From the NCBI GenBank assembly GCA_001275005.1, contig JWZX01001868.1, forward strand, positions 1 through 34,874: a stretch of DNA of 34,874 bases, in the 5' to 3' direction. The stretch is from Chrysochromulina tobinii (taxonomy: Eukaryota). Position 1 is the first letter of the stretch. Every line of letters starts with the position of its first letter. Below, in pieces: positions 26,180 to 34,874 of this stretch. The position numbers and the translations under genes were made by a program. Below the pieces are notes generated by a model, which saw nothing but the letters and a program-made list of their open reading frames with translations, ran no database searches and was not told the DNA's origin.

Positions 26180-28774
26180 ATGGTGCGGTACTATTATGAC
26201 GGGACTGAGAGCAGCAGCAGCCTCGGCGACGGCGAGCAGCCCATGCTCGCCGAGATCTTGCTCTCGCGGCTGCCCACGCCGGTCGTACGGGTCGACTGGA
26301 AAGTGCTGCAGATGGCGGTCCGCCGGCCACAAGCTGCTCCATCTGGCAGTGTCGAGGCGAGTATCATGAGGCGCTATCAGCTGCGGCACTGCGAACGCAT
26401 GCGCGAAGCGCTCGGACGGCTCTGGAACACGGCAAGCCTGGGCGAGGAGGTGATGAGCAAGGGCGACTTTGTCGCGTGGCACGCGCTGCTGTCCCGCGCG
26501 CTGCTCGCGCGCACGGACGAGCGCACGGGGTTGATCGTCGCCGACTGCGAGTGGGCGCTGTACTGCCTAGACAGCCTCGAGGACGGCATGCCGCAGGGCC
26601 CCTTCGAGGAGTGGTGCTTCGAGGTCCTGGAGTCGTGGGCCCCGACCACCTACGCGGGCGCCAAGGCCTCCTCGGAGGCGGAGATCTCGGCGGCCATGTC
26701 CGATCTCGTTGACGAGCTCATCGAGGCGCTGACGGTGCGGGGTGCGAAGCACGAGCTCCGCCCGCTCGACGAGGTGGAGTGGCTCGGGCTCTCGCGCCCC
26801 GAATCGTACATCCACGGTCTTCCCACGCTGTTCAACTGGCCGCAGTGCCGATTTCTTGTGGCTGCCGCCCTCGCATGGCGGGGCCCCACGGAGCCCTCCA
26901 AGGCGCAGCTGATCGAGATTGCGCGTGGACGGATGCAGTCGCCGCCGCCGCCGACCGGTGCGAGCGCGCCGCCGAGCACGCACGCGCTCCAATCGCGCCT
27001 GGCGCAGCCGCAGGCCGGGCTAGGAGCGTCGAGCATGCTCGACACGGCGCTCGGCAGCTCGGTGGCGCCACAAGACGAGTTGCGCCCCTTCGCTCTCGAC
27101 GTGGCGCCGCTGCCGCGGCTGGACGGCATGATGGCGCGCCGCGCGCAGCAGCGCTCGGGGCAGCGCTCGGCTGTGGGCAGCAGCACTGCGTGGAGCAGCG
27201 AGTGCGGCAGCGCCGACGCCAGTTCCAGCAGTCACTTTGGGGTACCCTCGACCGCTGACGCCGATGCCGAGGCAGTCGCTGTATTTGAGCCCTCCGCTCC
27301 CTTTGCGCGCGGAGCGCCGATAGCGCGACGCCGCCGGGCCGAGGTCGTCGCCGTCGCCCCCAGCGGCAGCCAGTCGGCCCGTGCATCGGTCGGTGGCGGC
27401 GGCGGCGGCGGTGGCGCCGGCGGCGGCGGCGGCGGCGGTGCGCGCGCGGGTGCCGCTGCCTTCAAAAGCTCAAGCGCCGCGGTGGGCGCCTCTGGACCGG
27501 TAGTTCACGTGCATGTCGAGCGCCGTGTCGAGCGCCGCGGCGACGGTGCACGGCGGAAGCGCACGTACCCGAGGCCACCGCACGAGGAGCTTGTCGAGGA
27601 GCTGGGCGCCACGCGCGTCGCGGTGCCTCTGACGCAGCCGCAGCCGCCCGGCGAGACGCTCAGTACGACGCTCAGTACGCCACCTGTTCACGCCAAGGGG
27701 GGGGGCAAGGGGGGCAGCGCTGTGCTGAGCGCCGTACCCGCGCCCCCCAAGCCGCCCGGGCGCTGTGCTGGGCGCGAGTACCAGGGTGAACCCTGGGTGT
27801 CTGCCACCACGGCGCGCCGGCGCACCGGCGCCCCGAGCATCACGGCCGGTGTGTCTCCCCGGCATTTCGTGCGACAGCCCCTCGAGCCACTTCATCCGAC
27901 TGACGCCGCCACCGGCCAGCCGCTCATCGTGCCGCCTGCCGATCCCGAGAGGAAGCCGCCCGTCGTCGCCCTCTCGCCGCGGCTGCCGCCCGAGGCAAGC
28001 GGGAGTGGGCCGGGGGCCTTCGTGAGCGCCGACCTGAGAGGCTCGACCCTATTCACAGAGACCCTCAAGAGGCGTGAATACCTTCTCGAGCGTGCTGACC
28101 TTCACATTCACAGCTCTGCGCCGGCAAGTAGCCCGCGCCTCGTCGACGTGGGCGGGCGGCGCGCGCGGCTGCTGCCGCCGCCGCAGCTCCCCGAGCCGAT
28201 GCGTCAGGCGGCCGCGGCTCAGGCGGCCGTGCGCACCGCCCGCGCCGTCCTCGGTCCAGACGCCATCAAGCGCCTCGAGGCGCGCGCGCGTGGCGCCATC
28301 ATGGCGGCCGTCGGGCCCCTTGTACCCGGCGTGCCGCTCAACACGCCCAACACGGCGCTCCACGCGCTGAGCACGCCCGCGACGGCGGACGCCTGCGACG
28401 ACGCGGGAGGGCCTGCGGAGCCGCTCGAGGTCTTCGGAAGCGTAGACGCGACGCTGCTCGATGAGCTCGCGGGCATCGGGCGCTCGGAGCTCGAATCTCC
28501 CGGATGGTCGTCGACGACGAGCCAGCTGCGCAACGAGCTCGCCACGTGGATTACCCTCTCCCGCGGTCGCGTGAGCTACCTGAACCGCGAGAAGAGCAAG
28601 ACGAGCCAGGTCACGGCCTCGAGCGCCAAAGCAGCTCTCAAGGAGGGCGTGCGCACGCCGCTGGAGCTCTCTCGGAACGAGATCCGGACGCGCCTCGAGC
28701 GGCAGCACGGGCCGTTCGAGCTGCTTGCTCTGCGCACGGCCCTCGAGGCGGGCGAGACTGTGACGGGCAGCTGA
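26180..28774 (+). CDS. Uncharacterised 864-aa protein: helical N-terminal domain (possibly degenerate EF-hand-like) and long low-complexity region
   Basis: Uninterrupted 2.6-kb ATG-initiated ORF with GC3-rich codons. Confidence 0.8.
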   Translation: MVRYYYDGTESSSSLGDGEQPMLAEILLSRLPTPVVRVDWKVLQMAVRRPQAAPSGSVEASIMRRYQLRHCERMREALGRLWNTASLGEEVMSKGDFVAWHALLSRALLARTDERTGLIVADCEWALYCLDSLEDGMPQGPFEEWCFEVLESWAPTTYAGAKASSEAEISAAMSDLVDELIEALTVRGAKHELRPLDEVEWLGLSRPESYIHGLPTLFNWPQCRFLVAAALAWRGPTEPSKAQLIEIARGRMQSPPPPTGASAPPSTHALQSRLAQPQAGLGASSMLDTALGSSVAPQDELRPFALDVAPLPRLDGMMARRAQQRSGQRSAVGSSTAWSSECGSADASSSSHFGVPSTADADAEAVAVFEPSAPFARGAPIARRRRAEVVAVAPSGSQSARASVGGGGGGGGAGGGGGGGARAGAAAFKSSSAAVGASGPVVHVHVERRVERRGDGARRKRTYPRPPHEELVEELGATRVAVPLTQPQPPGETLSTTLSTPPVHAKGGGKGGSAVLSAVPAPPKPPGRCAGREYQGEPWVSATTARRRTGAPSITAGVSPRHFVRQPLEPLHPTDAATGQPLIVPPADPERKPPVVALSPRLPPEASGSGPGAFVSADLRGSTLFTETLKRREYLLERADLHIHSSAPASSPRLVDVGGRRARLLPPPQLPEPMRQAAAAQAAVRTARAVLGPDAIKRLEARARGAIMAAVGPLVPGVPLNTPNTALHALSTPATADACDDAGGPAEPLEVFGSVDATLLDELAGIGRSELESPGWSSTTSQLRNELATWITLSRGRVSYLNREKSKTSQVTASSAKAALKEGVRTPLELSRNEIRTRLERQHGPFELLALRTALEAGETVTGS

Positions 28775-28882
28775 CGAAGTTGACGTGACGAGGCGCTGAC
28801 CGACAGGGCCGGGCAGCAGGCATCGCAGCCGGCATACGGGCATACGGGCATATGGCCTCTGCCAGGGCCCCGTCATGGCGCC

Positions 28883-28919
28883 GACCATCACGTGACCATC
28901 ACGTGACCATCACGTGACC
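28883..28919. repeat. 11-bp tandem repeat x3 (GACCATCACGT) creating three CACGTG G/E-boxes
   Basis: Directly visible downstream of the 864-aa ORF. Confidence 0.85.
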
Positions 28920-29693
28920 GCTGCAGGCCGGCGGGATGTTCGGGGCCGTTTGAGGCCGTATGAGGCCGTATGAGACTCTGTGGCCGGGAAAGCGCCGCGG
29001 GCCCGCGAGCCGGGCACACATCCTTCGCGCTTCGGTCCGTCGAAGGTGATACTAATAGAAGCGGGCGGAACGGCACAGCGTCGGCAGACTGGCCTGCACG
29101 CTCGGCATTAGAGTTGCAAGGTTTATCCCTTAGGACGGTACCGCGGTGGCCGGTGCGAGGGACGTGACTCGTGACGGATGTCTGTAAGTCTGAAATTTTT
29201 ATCATGGATATTTTTATTGTTCACCGCACCCGGACCGACCCGCTCACCGGTCGCTGATGCGATGCTCTGTTGTCTGATGTATCGTAGTATCGACTGATCG
29301 AGCGTAATCGTGGCGTTTCCGTTGACCGTGTTGTCCGTTCGTGAGCTTCGACGCCTTCGTGCGAAAACCGTTACAAAACCGAAATTGTGTAATTGCGTGC
29401 TTAATTGATGAGACTGGATTTCGTCTCCACACACATCGGGTATCGGGTACGTGGGCGCGCTGCGGATCCGAGATGGTCTATAATAGGATTCGGTCGCCGT
29501 GGAGCGTGGTCGTCCGCCTCGCGCCGGCGCCCTGCCCCCGCTGAGATGCGCGCTGACGGCGGCACACATGTACAGCCACGCCCGCCGCGCCATAGGTTGC
29601 ATGCAGGCAATATGCAGTCCAATTATCGACCGGGCATCAGAAGCACAGTCTGGGACCCTCTGTGCGAAGTGCATGGCGAAGTGGCGTCCACGA

Positions 29694-30407
29694 TCAGAAC
29701 TCAAATGGTCTGGCATTTGGTATCCCTTGAGCATGGGTGGCGGGCCGCCCCGTTCGCGACGCGAGACGGCGCACAGGCGCCACGGCCGCTAGGAGCATCT
29801 GCTGCGGCGCCGGGTTGCGCAGAACGGCCAGGTGGCGCTCGTGCTCGCGCGCGTGCTTCGTCACGTCCTTGACCGAAATGCCCTTGCTCGCCTTGACACT
29901 GGTCAGCCGGCGTGCCATCGCCGCGTTCTCGCGCGCAATCTGGTCGTTCTTGTGGCGCCGGTTGATGGCGACCGTGCTCTTCGCTGGGTTCTGGCGGAGC
30001 ACCGGCGGGCCGTCGACGAGCGGCCTGCGCCGCTCCGTCGCGATCGCGCCGAGCTTGCTGACGAGGATCTGGTTGGCACGCGTGATCTCGGCAGCGCGCG
30101 CCTCGCTGTGCGTCGAGCCACCCCAGCCGCCATTTTTCGGGCGAGGGACAAGCAGGCCAGCTGCTGTGCGCGGCGGCTGCGCTTGCCGCGCACCCATGGG
30201 CAGCCGCATCTGCGGCTGCTGCAGCCGCTGCTGCTCGGACGCTTCGGCTTGCGCCAGCATGGCCTTGAGCTGCGCATTCAAGGCCATGCTCTCCTGCATG
30301 CGCGAGTTGAAGACTTCCTCGTCCTCCTCCTCCTCCTCCTCGCCCTCCCTGCTGTGCGGAGGAACCTCGTCATAATTCGCTGAATACCCAGCAAGAAGGT
30401 CGGCCAT
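29694..30407 (-). CDS. CFAP97/Hemingway (KIAA1430)-domain cilia-associated protein
   Basis: EITRANQILVSKLGAI...STVAINRRHKNDQIARENAAMARRLTSVK matches the two-helix I.REN..L..RL signature. Confidence 0.8.
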   Translation of the reverse strand: MADLLAGYSANYDEVPPHSREGEEEEEEDEEVFNSRMQESMALNAQLKAMLAQAEASEQQRLQQPQMRLPMGARQAQPPRTAAGLLVPRPKNGGWGGSTHSEARAAEITRANQILVSKLGAIATERRRPLVDGPPVLRQNPAKSTVAINRRHKNDQIARENAAMARRLTSVKASKGISVKDVTKHAREHERHLAVLRNPAPQQMLLAAVAPVRRLASRTGRPATHAQGIPNARPFEF

Positions 30408-30611
30408 CCTCGGTCAACGCTGGCTCTCGGAGCGGTTGCCTTCAAAGAGGACTTTCCGAAGCCAATTTTGGAAATGGATAAAAACCCAATCCCCCCGAAG
30501 CACCACGATCTTCGAAGACTCGGAAGCCTGAGATGGCGGAGGCAACGAGGATTTTTCACGAGAGGACCTCGGAGGACAACGGAGAACCCTCATCGTGCAT
30601 TGTCCGCGAGA

Positions 30612-31559
30612 ATGCCGCCCCAAAGGCACACTACCAAGACGGTCGACTACTCGAAGTGGGACCACTTCGACGACGACGACGATCTGTTGCTGCGCACGGG
30701 ACCTGCGTCCTCGACAGCGCTTGCCAAGCTGCAGAGCAATGGGCAGCCCATCGTGACAGAGCGGCAGCGGATGGCCAACCATGAGGAGTCGCTGCGGCTC
30801 ATCGCCGAGTGGGTCAAGCAGGCATACCCGCGTATCCCGGCCGACAACGTGACACAGCTCATCAGGTTCATCACGCTGCAACACCGGGGCATCCACCCCG
30901 ACAATGCGAGGCGCGCGGCAGAGATCACCGCCTTCCTCGAGACGAGAGATGCGGCGCTCGGCTCTGAGCTCGAGACGCGCAAGGAGGACGATCTACTGCA
31001 CGCACTGCTCGCGCTCGGCCACCTGTGCTCGCAGAAGGCGAGCCTCGCGGACGGCTCAGTCGACGACAACGAAAAGGCCAAGGCGAACGGCGTACTCACG
31101 GTGGTGCACGGCGCGCTCAACACGCTCTGGGCGGCGCGTGTCGAGGGCGGCGCGAGGCGTCTATTCGATCAGCTGCTCAAGGAGCCCGAGGGCACCTTGG
31201 CCAAACGCTACTGCGCCCTCGAGTTCGCGCTCGACTGCGTCCGAAATCCGCCCGAGGACCCGCGCGACCGGCCGCCTGAGGAGCTGACGTGGATGACGAA
31301 GCTTGGGCGCGCCGTGTTCATGCAGGTGGCCATCGGGCTGCTCTGCTCGCTGATCCTCGTGATGGCGATGGCCACCGTCGCCTTCTTCGACCCTGAAGGC
31401 AAGGTCTTTCGAGGGCCTCTTGCCCAGATGCTTCTGCGTCCGGAGGGCGCCGGCACCGCGGGCGAGGCCGTAGGTGGCGGCGTGAGCGACCCGTGGCAGG
31501 CGCTCGAGTGGAATGGCGGCAAGGGCCCGCTCCAGCCGGGCGACAGCCTTGAGCACTAG
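30612..31559 (+). CDS. Uncharacterised membrane-anchored protein with an N-terminal Cdc37-like DYSKWD motif
   Basis: MPPQRHTTKTVDYSKWDHFDDDDD start; C-terminal TM AVFMQVAIGLLCSLILVMAMATVAFF. Head-to-head with the CFAP97-domain gene. Confidence 0.75.
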   Translation: MPPQRHTTKTVDYSKWDHFDDDDDLLLRTGPASSTALAKLQSNGQPIVTERQRMANHEESLRLIAEWVKQAYPRIPADNVTQLIRFITLQHRGIHPDNARRAAEITAFLETRDAALGSELETRKEDDLLHALLALGHLCSQKASLADGSVDDNEKAKANGVLTVVHGALNTLWAARVEGGARRLFDQLLKEPEGTLAKRYCALEFALDCVRNPPEDPRDRPPEELTWMTKLGRAVFMQVAIGLLCSLILVMAMATVAFFDPEGKVFRGPLAQMLLRPEGAGTAGEAVGGGVSDPWQALEWNGGKGPLQPGDSLEH

Positions 31560-31922
31560 AAATGGAGGAGCCGCACAGGGTTGAGACGCGATCCTTCTCT
31601 CTGTCTCACACGTTACCAATGGGTTGTCCTTTGTCCAATGAATGCATCGACCATCGTCGAGGGGCGGATAACGTTACGGTTACCCGACCCTTAGCCGCAC
31701 TCACGTTACCCCGGGCCTAATAAGGATGTGTCAATGTGTTACGTGTCAAGATGACGAAAAATTTCTCACGCACTTCTGAGTGTGCGCATCACCTGTTTCA
31801 TCAAATGGTTCGATCATACATGCCACTGAGATATTAGGTTTACAGCAGCCGGGCCACGCATCGCATCCGTCCGCAACCCGCATCCTCCTGCCCGCGCCCG
31901 CGCATAGAGACCAGTAAGAGGC

Positions 31923-32948
31923 TCAAAAGGCACTGAATTTGCTATTGTCGTTCTTCTTGCGCGTGTAGATGTCATGGCCGCTGCTGTCCTTGGCCTGCGT
32001 CACCAGCCGCATCACCAGCTCCGGGTCGTGCCGCGCCTGGGCGAGCAGCGTCCGCAACAACTCAGGGTCGCGAGGCAACGCGCCCGAGTCGAACTGCTCC
32101 TGCAGCCAGAGCGAGTCGGAGCGCGAGCATATCCACTCGTTGCGCGTGCTCCGGAGTACATCGCGCACAAAGGCGAGCGAAGGGTCGCCTTGCAGCAGCT
32201 GCAGTTCGAGACGATTCAGATCCGCTTCCACCGACTTGCGCAGCAGTCGCGCGTCGTTGCGCCGGCGCGTCGCCTCACCAAGCTGCCAGCCGGCGAGCCA
32301 GCCGGGCTGCCCCTCGACGAGCCGCAGGTACGCCTGCTCACCCTTCGCGCGGTCCGCGTCCTCTTTCGCCTGGTCCTCGCTCAGCTGCAGCAGCCGCACG
32401 ATCGAGTTACGGATCTTCCGCACGTCGTCCAAGGCGCGCATCGCGAGCGCCTTGCGCGACTCCTCGCCCACGCGCTGCGCCCGCTTGAGCTCGCCCCGCA
32501 CGAACTCGGCCGCCATCTCCGATGGCACCCGAGTACTCTCCAGCGCGCACCCGTCCTCGCTCCTGCACGCCTCGAGCTCCCGGCGTGCACTCTCAAGAAG
32601 GAGCTGCTGCAGCGCGCGGCGGGCAGCCATATCCTCGCGGAGGTCGGGCGAGTCAGGAGGCTGCAGCTCGAGTAGCGCCTCGTACGCCATGATCAACCTC
32701 GGCAGATCCTGCGCCTCCTCGGCCTCCTCGATCTGACCCTCCAAATTGGCCATCGTGAGGCAGCGCTCGAGAGCCTGAACCTCAAGCATTCTTCGGCCGT
32801 CGCTGGGCAACGCGCAATCGTCCGCATCTTCGAATGCCATGCGCGGCGAAGCGCATGGCTGTCGTGTGCGGCATCGAATGTCATGCGTGGCCGGTCCGGA
32901 CGGCGGCACTAGCAGCGCGAGCAGCATCGGATATTGAAGCATCGGCAT
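31923..32948 (-). CDS. Uncharacterised helical/coiled-coil protein, probably plastid-targeted
   Basis: 341-aa ORF; hydrophobic N-terminus followed by an Arg/Pro-rich transit-like segment ending SPRM. Confidence 0.75.
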   Translation of the reverse strand: MPMLQYPMLLALLVPPSGPATHDIRCRTRQPCASPRMAFEDADDCALPSDGRRMLEVQALERCLTMANLEGQIEEAEEAQDLPRLIMAYEALLELQPPDSPDLREDMAARRALQQLLLESARRELEACRSEDGCALESTRVPSEMAAEFVRGELKRAQRVGEESRKALAMRALDDVRKIRNSIVRLLQLSEDQAKEDADRAKGEQAYLRLVEGQPGWLAGWQLGEATRRRNDARLLRKSVEADLNRLELQLLQGDPSLAFVRDVLRSTRNEWICSRSDSLWLQEQFDSGALPRDPELLRTLLAQARHDPELVMRLVTQAKDSSGHDIYTRKKNDNSKFSAF

Positions 32949-33277
32949 GACCCTCCGTCACGTTGCGCAAGTAGGCAAGTTCCTGGAAGCGAATCCAAGC
33001 ACGACCTTTTCACTGTGAAATTGTGCCATCTCGATGCCTCCGCAAGCTCGGAAACCGCAAGCTCCGGCTCACAGCCGTTTCACACAGAGCTGGAAGGATT
33101 GGAGAATTGCAGGAACCGTGAACGAGTGAGAACTCACACACATTCACATTCACACATACCGATACATGCTCGTGTGCTGCATCAAAATAAGTCAAGTCAA
33201 GTCAAGTCCAGGGGGTATGATGGTCCCGCATGTGATGTCAATCCCAAGGTCGAAGGGGGCATGTGTTTGTCTCCGCA

Positions 33278-34874
33278 TCAGCAGCTCCTGTTAATCGGGT
33301 GGTTGATCTCATGGAGCGATTCTACATATGGCGAGTACCAGCTGTTTCGGCGCCAAAGATACCCCGGAAGCTTCGCCGCCGGATGGATCCGGAAGCGAAA
33401 CGGTGCAATGTCCAGCGGCACGTGCAGATCGGTGAGCGCATTAGTGAGCTCGAACTCATTGCAATGGGGCCATGCCTTTGAGTGGCACACGGTGCACAAT
33501 TCGCACGGCGAGCCCGGCCGAGATGAGCTTCCCCACAGGTGGTGACCAAGGATCGCATGTGACGCGTTGCCACCTGGTCGAGTGTGGCGAGCGCGACCAG
33601 GCCACTGGTCATCAGCCCTCGCGATATGTCGTGGCCCGTTCTCCGCGGGGGAGGAGGAGGGCCCCAGGTGGCGCGGAGGTCGTGTGAGCGTAAAGTATGC
33701 CCACGCCAAAGGCCGGGGCACGATTGCAAACTGATCGTCAACGACGACACAGGCTGGTCCCCTTGCGCTCACGCACGATGAGCTCAACGGCCACTCGTTG
33801 CAGCCGCTCTCAAAGTGTGTCATATGGTCGACTGTGACGAGTAGCGGCTCGGATCCGCCGTGCAGCATACGCGCCCTGGACGTGACGGCTGACTTCGAGA
33901 GCGCACTCAAGGGTAGCATGTCCGCAAACCACCACACGTCCGGCCGTAGACGCACGAAGAAACTAAAGGGCATCTGTTCGCGCTGTTCGTGTTCGAGCGC
34001 AGCGTCAAGAAAGCAGTCCTTCCACCTCTGGGCTTGCAAGAGAAACGAGCTATTCTCACGCAGCAACGGATAGTCTCGGTGGATCGTCTTCGCGATCCGC
34101 AGTCTCGCAACCGCCGATGGAGATGGCTTGCTGGCCGCGCCGTCAATGCACAGGAAGGATGTGACAGCGCTGCGAGACGAACCGTCCGTGCGCTCCAGCA
34201 CGTCGACGACATGAGTGCCGAGCGTGGTCCACACGTCCTCTCGCAATGCTCCTCCGAGCCTAGCTAAGCTGCCGGACAAGAGCATGGCATGATTCACGGG
34301 CGCAGGCGCCCATAGCTCGTGGAAGGCCTTACCCTGCAGCGCAAGATCTGGGCTGGAGGTGCTGATTTTGCGCCGCCAGCTTCGTTGTGTTGTCGCCTCC
34401 ACTGGCGCCGTACGAAAGCCATGGACGTCGTTGCGCAACGAATCGACATCGCAAAATGAAAACCAGCTGCAATCCCCATACACAACAGAGATGGAGACGT
34501 ACTTGCACGGAGCGCACCTTTGGCAGAAGGACAGGCAATGCTCGACCGCAGCCGGCCAAGTGCTTTCATGGATGCTGAAGCTTCCTTTCTTCCCATTGCA
34601 GCCACCGCCGGTTACGGTGGTGTCGCAAAATCCTCGCAGCGACACACGCAGCCATGCCGCCGAAGCGTTCTGCATCACACAAGAGCAGCAAGCTCCAGTC
34701 TTGAGGGGAGTCGAGGAAGTCGACCTTCGTCCACGAGCGTGAAGAGGGCACGAGAGGGGAAACCTCTTCTGGGTACGGTACTTTTTGTGGCGTCGGGTGG
34801 CCTTGTGCTTCGCCGTCGCCGTCGCTATTTTGTCGTCGCCACCAGCTCTTGGTGGGGCGGTGCTGGTGCTCGCA
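33278..34874 (-). CDS. Cys-rich (PAN/apple-like) module plus putative glycosyltransferase-like domain; 5' end probably beyond the window
   Basis: The frame of ORF 33278-34678 stays open to the window end. GFC...GC...KGSF...CLSFCQRCAPCKYVSIS...DCSWFSFC module; FVRLRPDVWW and VDDQFAIVPR motifs. Confidence 0.65.
   Translation of the reverse strand, partial: ASTSTAPPRAGGDDKIATATAKHKATRRHKKYRTQKRFPLSCPLHARGRRSTSSTPLKTGACCSCVMQNASAAWLRVSLRGFCDTTVTGGGCNGKKGSFSIHESTWPAAVEHCLSFCQRCAPCKYVSISVVYGDCSWFSFCDVDSLRNDVHGFRTAPVEATTQRSWRRKISTSSPDLALQGKAFHELWAPAPVNHAMLLSGSLARLGGALREDVWTTLGTHVVDVLERTDGSSRSAVTSFLCIDGAASKPSPSAVARLRIAKTIHRDYPLLRENSSFLLQAQRWKDCFLDAALEHEQREQMPFSFFVRLRPDVWWFADMLPLSALSKSAVTSRARMLHGGSEPLLVTVDHMTHFESGCNEWPLSSSCVSARGPACVVVDDQFAIVPRPLAWAYFTLTRPPRHLGPSSSPAENGPRHIARADDQWPGRARHTRPGGNASHAILGHHLWGSSSRPGSPCELCTVCHSKAWPHCNEFELTNALTDLHVPLDIAPFRFRIHPAAKLPGYLWRRNSWYSPYVESLHEINHPINRSC

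Noticed and set aside
29123..29734. 203-aa minus-strand ORF (and 32934-33545 on plus)
   Set aside because: Non-ATG starts, overlap with better-supported genes, and no domain-like features.
1368..30407. Functional cluster of ciliary genes (DM10, LRRC45, CFAP97 domain)
   Set aside because: They are dispersed among unrelated genes. Three in about 17 is not clearly beyond chance for a flagellate.

Overview
GC-rich eukaryotic nuclear DNA, most consistent with a flagellated haptophyte alga (Chrysochromulina-like; inferred from gene content, plastid-type presequences and intron satellites). About 17 protein-coding genes are supportable: an ER saposin-like protein ending in KEEL (3' part), a DM10-domain protein, a LysM protein, a 12-exon 2OG-Fe(II)-like/TM/beta-propeller gene, the 5' half of DDX1, an AlaX/AARSD1 tRNA-editing enzyme, an SDR, a DUF1350 hydrolase, a BTB-BACK-Kelch protein, LRRC45, a CFAP97-domain protein and several unknowns. 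The main signal is in the introns. Most reconstructed introns begin with a copy of the first 7-46 nt of the next exon, and/or end with a copy of the previous exon's tail. Many end in a shared ~40-nt cassette (GCATGCAnGTGCTCACCACGGCGCCCTCnCTTCCCCACAG) found 9 times in three unrelated genes, always sense-oriented. This suggests an intron-generating system in which a duplicated target site supplies the donor (GT, GC or even GA) and a portable cassette supplies branch point and acceptor. Stacked units form AG|GT sites that may be spliced recursively. Also notable: DDX1 stops after its DEAD motif and runs, across a satellite switch, into an unrelated gene (fusion or misassembly), and the Kelch gene sits between ~54-bp inverted repeats. 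All exon models are manual reconstructions without transcript evidence, and all domain calls are by eye, not from database searches.
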